NCBI GenBank assembly: GCA_051294375.1
Contig: CM119267.1
Coordinates: 2,519,315 to 2,583,314 of the forward strand
Direction of reading: 5' to 3'
Origin: Paraspadella gotoi
Taxonomy: Eukaryota > Animalia > Chaetognatha
DNA: 64,000 nt
The position numbers and the translations under genes are program-made. The notes beneath the pieces are model-generated. The model had not been told where the DNA came from. It did not search any database and worked only from the letters and a program-made list of their open reading frames with translations. Shown here piece by piece: positions 42,421-54,678 of this stretch (positions are counted from its first letter, which is position 1; every line of letters starts with the position of its first letter).

Positions 42421-42588
42421 AACTTGAAGATTGAAAATGTTTAATTTTCGCGTGCAAAGGTTTGCTGCCGGGAAGGGAAAGCCTCTCGGCGGGCTCCTCT
42501 CAGCGGGTGTCGACCGCCGAAACACATTTGCAAAAATATCAATTTCCGCTTTCAATTCCTCTCTTCTCTCTCCTCTCTCTCTCTTTCT

Positions 42589-42619
<31 letters not shown>

Positions 42620-43191
42620 CTCTCCCCTCTCTCTCTCTCTCTCTCTCTCAACCCCTGGCGCGAGAGAGAGAGAGACCCGCCATCCAACTCGTCTCTTCTC
42701 ATAACACTCCCCCCCCTTCATCCAAAATGAATCACATTGGCCGTCACGACCGAAATTTCCTCGTCACACAAATATTTATCACGAAATGAAAATGAGGCAT
42801 CTTGGGGACGAAGGTGGCAAAAGGACTTTCTGAAATCAAAGTTTAACTGATTTTAAGATGGAAACTTTATTTAACTTATTTTAAGTATAAAAGTTGCTGA
42901 GTAATAATGATTAAAAATTACTATGTTTAAATTTTTGGCAAAATGATAATAAAGAGTAACTAAAAACAAAAAAGATAAATAAAGACAAAAGGTTAAAACT
43001 GTTTGAGCGAAGACGCGTGGGCGTGACCGTAAGAGGAGAAAAAGGGCCGACGTCCAGACGGCCGTGGATTACGATATCGACGTTGCTGATTTTTTATACC
43101 GCCGTGAACTCGAGAGAAAGACGCGACGACGATGTATAAGGACGATGAAGAAACGTGAAGACGTGAAATATCACAAGAGTCAGAGGAAGTT

Positions 43192-44899
43192 CAATATGAC
43201 GCCGTCAATAAGGGCGCAGTTGAACTGGCATAAGGCGACTAAGTTTCAACGCGCCCTCTTCTGTTCACAAAAGCTGTCTTTTCCCTCTGTTTGGGAATCC
43301 CCCAACCACTATTTTTACGGTGGGAATTACGTTTGAAGCGCTTCTGCCTTATCCACGGCGCGGGGAATCCCCGGCCACTATTTTTGAATGGGATTGACGT
43401 TTTAAGAGCCCTAATCCCAGCCCTGAATATCAATCGATGGGCAAGTCCTCTCTTATAAAAATATTTATAAACTAAAAACATAAAAACCTTAACAATCCTA
43501 ATTCAAAAATAAAATAATTTATTTGCACGTTTAGATTCATTCCTAAACCCTCCTATTTGTATATTCTCTCTCTCTCTCGCGTCTACCTCTCTCTTTTATT
43601 TTCTATTTTCATCTCTCTCTCTCTCTCTCTTTCTCTCTCTTCTCTCTCTCTCTCTTTCAATCTGTATCTCTCTCTTTTTCTCACTCCTATTTCTTTTTTT
43701 TCTTTTTTATTCCTCAGTCTTTCTATCTCTATCTTCTTCTCTTCTTTTTCACTTTATTTTCTTTTTTCTATTTTTATCTCTCTCTCCACTTTCTCACTTT
43801 GTCTCTCTTTCTACCTCTCTCTGCTTTTTTTTTATTTTCATATATCTCTCTCTCTCTGTCTCTGTCTCTCTTTTCTCTCTGTCTCTTCTTCTCTCTTCTT
43901 CTCTCTCTTCTCTCTCTTTGTATCTCTATCTCTTTTTCAATCTATTCTTTTTTTCTATTTTTTTATCTCTCTCTCACTTTCTTTCTCTCTTTGCAGTCTA
44001 CCCTCTCTCTCTCTTCTTTTATTTCATATATATATATCTCTCTCTGTCTGTCTCTTTCTCATGGTATTGGCAGCGTAGTGAAAGTTACATGCAAAAAAAT
44101 TAAAATGTCACTTATGAACAACATCTATCGTAACATTAATTGTGAAAAAGAAATCATTTTATGTTCTTCAATCTTTACGCAGCTAGGCAATATACTTATA
44201 TATATAGTGACTACCTTATAAAAACCAAAACAATTTCAAAAATAGGCTTTTTCAACTTAACCCATTTTTCAAAATGCGCTACGATTCTATTGAAACTTCC
44301 ATATCCAGGCTCAATCACCACCACTTCCCTTACCCACACATAAAATTTTTGATTCCAATCCATCCATCCAATCACGAGTATTTGGAGTATAATGCTAAAG
44401 GGGGATGCGACAGACGGCCACGCAACAGACGGTCGATGGACAGATAGGACGGACAGACGGACACCATATCCCACTCCAATAATACACTTCTATTTTTAAT
44501 TATCTTTTTCTTCTTTTCTTTTTCTTTTTCTTTTCCTATATTTTTTCTTTCTTTCTTTTTTTTCTTACTTTTCTGCTCATTAATATTTCTGTATGATTAA
44601 TTATATTAAAAGAAAGCAAAAAAAAATTCAAATCTGTGACCCTCATTGTTATCGCCCATTGAAGATACCTTGAAGCCCAAAAGAAACAAAGAACGTTTGA
44701 TGAGAGAGAGTAGAGAGAGAGAGAGAGTGGGCCATTTCTCGTCCCCGTCATGAATTGGGGCGGGGATTTGCCTGGGAATGATATCCCCAGCGAAGACCGC
44801 CGCCAGGGACGTAGTTGCGGTGAATTATAGTTATTTTCCCGAAACTGCGCGAAGTTTAACAGTTTAAACTGCCGAGGATATGCGCCCGCGTAATATCTC
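43192..44899. mobile_element. About 1.7-kb non-autonomous insertion with 9-bp TSD (Mutator/MULE-like)
   Basis: GAGGAAGTT at 43183-43191 and 44900-44908; the duplicate copy has a single GAGGAAGTT at 49644-49652 joining both flanks. Imperfect terminal inverted repeats (left caatatgacgccg..gcagttgaactg..agtttc; right reverse complement gagatattacgcgg..gcagtttaaactg..agtttc). No transposase seen. Confidence 0.75.
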
Positions 44900-46126
44900 G
44901 AGGAAGTTTCTTACTTCCGTTCGTAAGGTTTCATTTGGTGTTTGTTTATCTTTTTAAATAGACTTTTTACTATTTTTAAAGACTTAATCATTGGAACGCT
45001 TTTTAATCCTCGCTTCTGAATTTGAATAAACACTTTTTGAAACCCCCTAGCGACCCAAGCGTCGCCATCTGTAACCTGTAAAAACTGTAACTTGGTAAAC
45101 TTTGAAATGTAAGAGACATCTCTCTCGTTATAAAAATAATNNNNNNNNNNNNNNNNNNNNNNNNNCATCATCTTCATCTTCGTCATCCTCTTCGTCGTCG
45201 TCATCTTCGTCGTCATCTTCATCTTCGTCATCCTCTTCGTCGTCGTCATCGTNNNNNNNNNNNNNNNNNNNNNNNNNNNNNNNNNNNNNNNNNNNNNNNN
45301 NNNNNNNNNNNNNNNNNNNNNNNNNNNNNNNNNNNNNNNNNNNNNNNNNNNNNNNNNNNNNNNNNNNNNNNNNNNNNNNNNNNNNNNNNNNNNNNNNNNN
45401 NNNNNNNNNNNNNNNNNNNNNNNNNNNNNNNNNNNNNNNNNNNNNNNNNNNNNNNNNNNNNNNNNNNNNNNNNNNNNNNNNNNNNNNNNNNNNNNNNNNN
45501 NNNNNNNNNNNNNNNNNNNNNNNNNNNNNNNNNNNNNNNNNNNNNNNNNNNNNNNNNNNNNNNNNNNNNNNNNNNNNNNNNNNNNNNNNNNNNNNNNNNC
45601 ATCTTCATCTTCGTCATCCTCTTCGTCGTCGTCGTCGTCCTCATAGTCGTCATCATCGTCTTCTTCTTCGTCGTCGTCCTCATCANNNNNNNNNNNNNNN
45701 NNNNNNNNNNNNNNNNNNNNNNNNNNNNNNNNNNNNNNNNNNNNNNNNNNNNNNNNNNNNNNNNNNNNNNNNNNNNNNNNNNNNNNNNNNNNNNNNNNNN
45801 NNNNNNNNNNNNNNNNNNNNNNNNNNNNNNNNNNNNNNNNNNNNNNNNNNNNNNNNNNNNNNNNNNNNNNNNNNNNNNNNNNNNNNNNNNNNNNNNNNNN
45901 NNNNNNNNNNNNNNNNNNNNNNNNNNNNNNNNNNNNNNNNNNNNNNNNNNNNNNNNNNNNNNNNNNNNNNNNNNNNNNNNNNNNNNNNNNNNNNNNNNNN
46001 NNNNNNNNNNNNNNGTCGTCGTCGTCGTCGTCGTCCTTGTCGTCGACTTGAAGATTGAAAATGTTTAATTTCGCGTGCAAAGTTTTGCTGCCGGGAAGGG
46101 AAGCCTCCTCTCGGGCTCCTCTCATT

Positions 46127-49100
46127 CCAGCATATACTTTGTCGACTTTTCTCTTCCCATCAAACTCGGATCGTCCGTGCATCTTTCACCTCTCGTCATC
46201 CTCCCTTCGCTCAATCCAACGCACACGCGCGGCGACGAGTCGCGTTGCATCGACGTCGTGCGCCTGCCCTTCATCCGCGCGGTGCGTCGCGTCAACCGCC
46301 AACGGCCTTTTTCTTGCGTCGCCGCTCGTCGTCCTGCCCCCATCATCTCATCCTTCGTCTATCACTCTTCCAGTCGTCCGTATCATCGTCTTCACCCCCT
46401 TCTTCGTCCGCCTCATCATCTATTTCATCTTCGTCATACCTCCTTCGTCGGGTCGTCATCCATTCGTTCGCGATCAGCCTCAATCTTCGCTCATCCCTCC
46501 TTCGCGAGCAGCCACGTCGATGCAGTACGTGGCCTGCAGCCGCGTCGCGCGACACTTCTGCACCATTCCCACACCAGACCCCCCGCCAGCCATCGCTCAT
46601 CCCGTCTCTACTCCGTCTCTCAATCCGTCATCTTTCATCCACTCCCTCTCCGTTCTCCTCTTCCATCCCGGTCATCCTGCTAGGAGAGGTCTTCTAATCA
46701 GGTCGTTCCAGTCCGGCTCCTCCTATCGTCGGCCCATGCTTGCCTTCTCGCTCCATACTCACACAGTGCCTCTGTATGACCGTACGTTCGTAACCTGCGG
46801 CTCGGCGCTCATCGCAATCTCTATAATTGCCTTTCCAGGTTCATACCCCACTATGAGCTGGCCACCGTCCGTCACGCGCGCCGTCGCGACCTCAAGATCC
46901 GTCCAATATTCCAATCGTCGTTCTTTCTTCGCCAGATCGCCCTCATGGCCATCCTTCATCTCAAACATTCCGTTCGTCCGTCGTCAATCGTCATCCGGCG
47001 GGTCTTCAATCTGTCGTCTCGTCCTCATCATACTATCTCATCTCCCCGGTCCATCGCCTATTCGGTCCGTCGGTACGTCCATCATCGTCTTCTTCTTCGT
47101 CCGCTCGTCCTCGTCATTCTTTACGAGCTTTCCGTCATCCCCCTCGTCTCGTAACGCCCAGTCCGTCGGTCCCTCATCAGCCCCCGTCCATCATGCGGGG
47201 TACTTCCCTTCCTTCGCTCCGCTCGCTCCTCATCCAGCCTTCCATCTTCCTCACATTTCTCTCGTCCGCGCGCCGTCATCGCTCCATCAGGTCTCATCCC
47301 TCTCGTCCTCTCGCGTCGCTCATCATACTCACCTCACTTCCTTCCCGTCTTCGCCATATGCACGCCTCCGGTACCGTCGTCGATCAATCGTCCTTCCTCT
47401 CCTTCCGCCCGTCGCGCCATCACTCATCCTTTCATCTTTCGTCCCATCCCTCTTTCGCCTCGCCTCGTCCGTCCGTCCCTCCGAATAGTCCCGCTACCAT
47501 CCACTCCGTCCCTACTTCCTTCCTTTCCGTCGTCCGTCCTCCCCACTCATCTCAAACCTTCCGTCATTCCTCCGTTCGTCCGTCGTCATGACCGGTCATC
47601 TCAGTCTCTCATCTCGTCTCCGTCCTCAATCACCATCCTTCATCTCCGTCATCCCCTATTCCCGTCCGTCCGGGGTCGTCCATCATACGGATCTTCTCTT
47701 CCCGGGCGTCAGTCGCTCACATCCCACTCTTCACCACTCTTCGCTCCATCCTCTTCGGTCCGTCGTCCGCTCGTCTCACTCAGCTCGTCCTCATCGGGTT
47801 CTCATCTTCGTCGTCGTCCTCTATCCATCATCCTTCCGCGTCATCGTCCTTCCGTCCGCCTCGGTCATCGTCTTCTTCCTCTCCGCCGTCATCCCCATCT
47901 TTTCACTCTTCGCGCGCGGGCATCCTCCTTCGTTCGTCGTCATCTCCGTGCGATCTTCATCTGCGCTTCATCTCTGCTTCCGTCTGCTACCGGTCGTCAA
48001 TCGGTCGGTCGTTTCCTCATCCGTTCATCATCGTCCGGCATCTTCATCCATCTCTGGCTTCGTCGTCCGTTCTCAATCGTCCTATTGTCTTCATGCTTCA
48101 ATTTCGTCTCCGTCTGCCACTCGCTCTTTGCGTCACTCATGCGTCTTCTTCAATCTCGTCGTCGTATCGCGGCGGGCGCCTGTTGCAATGCTCAACTTCG
48201 CATCTCCGGTTTCGGTCAATCCTCTTCGTCGGGACCAGTCGGTCCCGGGTCGTGCCTCATTAGAGTCCGTCGACAAACTTCCCAAATCGGTCTTCCTCTC
48301 GTCGTCGCTCCTCAATCATCTATCATTGCTGCGTCATGGGTCTATCTTCGGGTGGTAGTCCGGGTCCATGCTCCATCTTCGTCTTCCATACTTCGCGGGT
48401 CCATCCGCTCCCCTGTTCATTTCCATCTTGTCAGTACCTCTCGTCATGCCGTACTCCGGTTGTCCGTCCTGTAAAATCGTCTTCCTTCTTCCGTGCGTCG
48501 TTCCGTCATTTCAGAGGGTCGTCATTTCTTCGTCCGAATCCCGTCTTCAGGTGCGGTCGTGCGTCCGTGCCCCCCGAATAGGTCGTCACTAGTCGGTCTC
48601 AACTTCTTCGTGACCGTGCGACCGGTCCTCATCCAATTCTTCAGGCGCCTTCGGTTCATGCCTCTGTACGCGTCTCTGTCTCTGCCGCGGTCGGGGTCCT
48701 TGTGTCGTCGAGCGAGAGAGAGAGAGATGTTAGATTTTTCGGCGGGTGGTCAACTAGTTTGTCTGCTTTGCGCCAGGACTGGGCTGCGGATAGGGAAGAC
48801 TCCCCTCGCGGGGCTCCTCTGCAGGATCGGTGTGTACGACGGCCGGGGAACACCACATTTCGGCAGAACAATTACCAATTTCCGCTCCAATTCCTCCTCT
48901 CCTCTCATCTCGCATCCCGTCGCTCGCCATCGCATCCGTCTCTCATCATCTCGAGTCCTCTCAGCGTCTCTCATCCGCTCTCTTCTCCTCTCACTTCTCT
49001 CGATGCTCACTTCTCGTTGCAGCTCTCCTGTCAGTTGCTCTCCCCTCGGTCCATGCTCTCCTCTCCCTCTCCTCTCAACATACCGCTGGGCCCGAGAGGA

Positions 49101-49855
49101 GAGAGAAAGAACCCANNNNNNNNNNNNNNNNNNNNNNNNNCCGCCATTCAACTCGTCTCTTCTCATAACACTCCCCCCCCTTCATCCCAAAATGAATCAC
49201 ATTGGCCGTCACGACCGAAATTGTCCGGTTCACACAAATATTTATCACGGAAATGAAAATGGGCATTTGGGGGACGAAGGGGAAAAGGATTTCTGGGAAA
49301 TCAAAGTTTAACTGGATTTTAAGATGGCGAACTTTATTAACTTTATTTTTAAGTATAAAAGTTGTGAGTAATAATATAAAAATTACTATGTTTATATTTT
49401 TTTTGCAAAATGTAATAAAGAGTAAACTAAAATAAAATAAAGACTAAATAAAGACTAATAAAGGTTAAACTGTTTTGACGCGAGACGCGTGGGCGTGACC
49501 GTAAGAGGAGAAAAAGGGCTCGAAGTCCGACGACTGTGGATTCGATATCGACGTCTTATTTTGCCCCGTGACTCGAGAGAAAGAACGCGACGACGATTAT
49601 AAGGACGATGAAGAAACGTGAAGACGGAAATATCACAGAGTCAGAGGAAGTTTCTTACTTCCGTCGTAAGGTTTCATTTGGGTTGTTTATCTTTTTAATA
49701 GACTTTTTACTATTTTTAAAGACTTAATCATGGAACGCTTTTTTAATCCTCGCTTCTGAATTTGTAATAAACAACTTTTGAAACCCCTAGCGACCCAAGC
49801 GTCGCCATCTTATAACCTGTAAACTGTAAACTTGTAAACTTGTAAATGTAAAGAC
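46127..49855 (+). repeat. Noisy duplicate of 41119-43191 joined to 44900-45117
   Basis: Shared anchors cagcatatactttgtcgacttt, aactcgtctcttctcataacactccccc, gacgcgtgggcgtgaccgtaagagg, gcgacccaagcgtcgccatct; 45166-46125 is a further partial copy. Confidence 0.85.
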
Positions 49856-50516
49856 AATCCTGAAGGTCGAGGCGGTTCAAAATAAAAAAAATATACTATC
49901 GTGATGAAAATCTCGACTGTCAAATATATAAAACCAAATTTTATTTCCGCTTTCGTCCAAAAAACTGACAAAAAGAAAACGTATTTATAAATGTTTGCAT
50001 CGCGAGGAAGCGGTTCCATTTTTGGCGGGAAAACCGACGCTGAAAAGACATAAACTTTATTCTTAGAATTTCGATTTCTCTCTGGGGAAAATTTAGGCAA
50101 GATTTTTTTTTGGGCTTTTAAAAGAAAGAATGGGAAAAAAAAGGAAAAGAAAAAATGAAAAGAGACAGAAAGAGAAAAAACTGAGAGAAAAAAGACAGAA
50201 AGAACAGTTAAAGAAAAAAGATAGAAAAAAAATTGAAAAAAAAAAGGAAAGTTTAAAAACAATAAAAATAATCAGACATACATTTTGAAATGACACTCTA
50301 CAGCTGTATATAGAAATATGGCAACTTTTGTTAGGATCTGCTAATTCAGTTTCTAAAAATGATTGATCAGTGTGAATTAAAAATAATGACCAAAACTTGC
50401 CTCAATAATCACGAATATATCAATACATCATATATTAACTAAATCTAAACATTTGGTTCAATCCGGCGATTACAAATTTTAAAATTGACATAATCGAGTG
50501 AAGCTAAATTTTTTGT

Positions 50517-50815
50517 TCATTTCTCTTCGCCCGAATTCTCACTTCTCGGAGCCGCAGACACCGACTCTGCCGACACTCCCCGCACCGGCACACCCTCCGC
50601 AACCGTCCGTCCACTCGGCGCTGTCCGCTCGCAATTCCGTCCAAAGTAAGGAAACGGGCAGAGACACTCGAAGCCTCCGAGGATCTCTGTGTCTTCTCGG
50701 CAGAAGCCGCCGTTGACGCAAGGGGCGGACAGGCAGCCGGATGAGTAAGAGAATTCGCACCGGATGCCCGCGAAGCCGGCCGGGCACGCGCAGAGAAAGT
50801 TGAGGTCCTTCAGAC
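50517..50815 (-). CDS. Exon 9 (probably terminal): end of EGF3, EGF4 and a short hydrophilic tail
   Basis: ctccccttctacag|GT; GLKDLNFLCACPAGFAGIRCEFSYSSGCLSAPCVNGGFCREDTEILGGFECLCPFPYFGRNCERTAPSG...SENSGEEK*; TGA at 50519-50517. The ORF track shows a different frame here. Confidence 0.9.
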
Positions 50816-51032
50816 CTGTAGAAGGGGAGATGGGTTGAGAGATTTGGGGTCGTGAGCGGGATGGGGTTATGTTTTTTTTTTTTAAATGGTTTCTTTTTAT
50901 TTAATTTTAACAATTTATCAAACATATATAAAATTGTAAAATAAAACTATCGTCAAAATTTTTACCCGTCGCTTTTTTGTTAAAATCAAAGAATTTAAAT
51001 TATATATTTCTGATTCGAATTACCTTAGTACC

Positions 51033-51101
<69 letters not shown>

Positions 51102-54100
51102 AAGACAAAACCACAAAAAATTGTAAAAGAAATAGTACAAAGCAAATCTCGGTCAATAAAGTGCACCCAAANNNNNNNNNNNNNNNNNNNNNNNNNNNNN
51201 NNNNNNNNNNNNNNNNNNNNNNNNNNNNNNNNNNNNNNNNNNNNNNNNNNNNNNNNNNNNNNNNNNNNNNNNNNNNNNNNNNNNNNNNNNNNNNNNNNNN
51301 NNNNNNNNNNNNNNNNNNNNNNNNNNNNNNNNNNNNNNNNNNNNNNNNNNNNNNNNNNNNNNNNNNNNNNNNNNNNNNNNNNNNNNNNNNNNNNNNNNNN
51401 NNNNNNNNNNNNNNNNNNNNNNNNNNNNNNNNNNNNNNNNNNNNNNNNNNNNNNNNNNNNNNNNNNNNNNNNNNNNNNNNNNNNNNNNNNNNNNNNNNNN
51501 NNNNNNNNNNNNNNNNNNNNNNNNNNNNNNNNNNNNNNNNNNNNNNNNNNNNNNNNNNNNNNGCGCTCTCCACGGGAGGTGAAGCAGGATTCGTAATTCA
51601 ATAAAACCCATTACTCGAGATGTTGCCAACCGGGGCCCGATTTCATTAAATCGGCGAATGGGCGGCGCCGGCTTAGGGGGCGGAGCGGCGCGGGGAGGCA
51701 GCGCCGGTCCAGCGCCGCTTGAAAGAAAAGCGCCGTCTGAAGGCCAGAGAATCGAATATGAGGCGTTTAGGGTTTGTGGAAATTGTGGAATTTGTTGGAA
51801 ATTAAAGATGAAAGATTGAATGAGAATGAGTCGGAACTACGAGTGGCCAAATTCTTGAGCTACAACCATTTATCGATGCTGAGATTTAGCGGCAACGACA
51901 AAATAATTATATCAAAGCCATTTTCTTAGTTTCTGTCAAATCCTTTGTGTCGGAGGCTAAGGTTGGAAAACTGTACAAGAGACCGTAGCGCAACTTCAGG
52001 AGGTCAATCGTCAAGAGGTCAATCAGCAACTGGCCGAACTGGTTAAACTTTCGGTGATCCAATTGCTAGTGGCCAATCTGCAAGGAGCCAAGCTTCAAGA
52101 GGCCGACAACGTATTAATAAAAAAATTCGGCCGCCCGCTTGGATTTTCTTTTCTTGACTTTTTAGAATTAAAGTAGAGGAAATGGAAGAAGAAGAGAGGA
52201 AGAGGAAGAAGAAGAAGAAGAAAAGATAAGAGAGGATGAACGGAGGAGAAAGAAATGGGATGAGAAAGAGAGGAGAAAGAAATGGGAAATTCCCAAGTCA
52301 AACTTCTGACACCACCCCATTGAAAATCTGTTCATTATTTTTTTCCAATAATGAAGTCAATAATGATCAATCAAAACTTAAATTTCTCAAGCTTATTTAA
52401 TGTACTGATTAACATCATTTTAATTATAAAACACATTTTAAATAGAGAGGAAAGAGAAAAAGAAAAAGNNNNNNNNNNNNNNNNNNNNNNNNNNNNNNNN
52501 NNNNNNNNNNNNNNNNNNNNNNNNNNNNNNNNNNNNNNNNNNNNNNNNNNNNNNNNNNNNNNNNNNNNNNNNNNNNNNNNNNNNNNNNNNNNNNNNNNNN
52601 NNNNNNNNNNNNNNNNNNNNNNNNNNNNNNNNNNNNNNNNNNNNNNNNNNNNNNNNNNNNNNNNNNNNNNNNNNNNNNNNNNNNNNNNNNNNNNNNNNGG
52701 CGGCGGCTAAGCCTGAAACGACGACGAGGAGAAAGACAATTTCATTGACGACTACGACGACGACGACGACCCCCCTGAGACCCGCCCAAAGTTTTCGATA
52801 ACTCTTTCACGCCCTCTTGATCTTTTTCACCCCTTTTCAACTCTCTTTTCTTCTTCTCTTTCCTTCGACCCTCTTCACTTATCTTAATCCTTTTTCACCT
52901 ATCTTTATCCCTTTTCACCTATCTTCTCTCTTCCTCTTTACCCCTCTTTTACCCTTCTTTAATCTTTCTTCCTTCCTTACCCCTCTTTTTTTCCCCGTTC
53001 TTCACCCCTCTTCGCATTTCTTCACCCCTCTTTTTCGCCTCTCTTCTCTCTTCGCCCAACTTTAGCCCTCTCTTCATCCCCGATCCCCCAATCTNNNNNN
53101 NNNNNNNNNNNNNNNNNNNNNNNNNNNNNNNNNNNNNNNNNNNNNNNNNNNNNNNNNNNNNNNNNNNNNNNNNNNNNNNNNNNNNNNNNNNNNNNNNNNN
53201 NNNNNNNNNNNNNNNNNNNNNNNNNNNNNNNNNNNNNNNNNNNNNNNNNNNNNNNNNNNNNNNNNNNNNNNNNNNNNNNNNNNNNNNNNNNNNNNNNNNN
53301 NNNNNNNNNNNNNNNNNNNNNNNNNNNNNNNNNNNNNNNNNNNNNNNNNNNNNNNNNNNNNNGGTCGGAGGAAGAGTGAGGATTGACGAAAAGGACCAAA
53401 AGGATCCAGATACAGTTTATATCTGTGTCTCGCTCTCTCTTTCGCTTCTCCCTTGCCCCCTCTCCCCTTGCCCGACCTCAGGCAAGATTTGGACATTTCA
53501 AGGGGCTTCGATTTTGCCTTAACATATTTCTGTTTTGTGGATAAGGCGCTAAGTGTGCTGAGGAGTGTTATCCGCAACTTTTTTTAACTCCTTCTAACAG
53601 CCATGGAACGGGTTCTGGGCTTGGAATAAGGTTTGAGGGTTTTCCAGTCCCACAGGGCTGTTTACGGCCTTCCTCAGGCTTCTCGCAAGGATAGGTACCA
53701 ATGGGATTCGATCCCGGTACCTGAGATTCATGAGCTGATGGTATTACTCAATGAGCCACCGGGTTACGACTGAGTCTGAATGAGTAACGCTTACAGGCGG
53801 GGTGAACTGATGCAATGCCCGACTACATTACAACTATTTTCCCATGACCTTTCACACCGGCTTGTACTGGTGAGATGTACGATGTATGATGTGAGAAGAA
53901 AGTGGAAAATACATAGTTTCAGGGTGAGGCGATCTTACCATTGATCTTACCTATCGTTTAATCTCCATCGCTATTCTACAATCATCATCATGCCGGTCAT
54001 TCATCACGTTCAAATAAAATCAGGCTTACACGCCGTGTAAATACACGGCCTTGAACGCAGACTGGCATTCAGGACCCACTGAAAGGTAAGGATAGGTAAG

Positions 54101-54634
54101 GTGTATGGCAAATCGTCTCACCCTGTTATTTCTCTTTGGGTTACAAAAATTAAAGTCGCAACGATCATTTTAATTTTTCGGTCAGTTTTCGTTTTTCGTG
54201 ATCTTGGGAGTGGNNNNNNNNNNNNNNNNNNNNNNNNNNNNNNNNNNNNNNNNNNNNNNNNNNNNNNNNNNNNNNNNNNNNNNNNNNNNNNNNNNNNNNN
54301 NNNNNNNNNNNNNNNNNNNNNNNNNNNNNNNNNNNNNNNNNNNNNNNNNNNNNNNNNNNNNNNNNNNNNNNNNNNNNNNNNNNNNNNNNNNNNNNNNNNN
54401 NNNNNNNNNNNNNNNNNNNNNNNNNNNNNNNNNNNNNNNNNNNTCACTTACCCTTGCACGTCCCGCCGTTCAAGCACGGGCTGCTGCCACAGGCGTCCAC
54501 GAGAACGTCACAAGTTTTTCCTCCGTAAAAAGGCGGACATTCGCAGACAAAATCTTGTCCAAGGTTGATGCAGGTGGCGGCGCCATTGCAGGGTCTGAAA
54601 GAGGGTAGAGTCAGTTAGTGAGTGTCTTTGTCTT

Positions 54635-54678
<44 letters not shown>

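Noticed and set aside
46055-48474. 477-aa and 256-aa plus-strand ORFs
   Set aside because: Degraded copy of the TCG/TCA array at 41119-42420; no domain-like content.
54030-54079. Possible exon (V)GPECQSAFKAVYLHG with AG and GTAAG sites
   Set aside because: Exon 8 joins exon 9 directly to complete EGF3; including this segment would break the domain unless more exons hide in the Ns.
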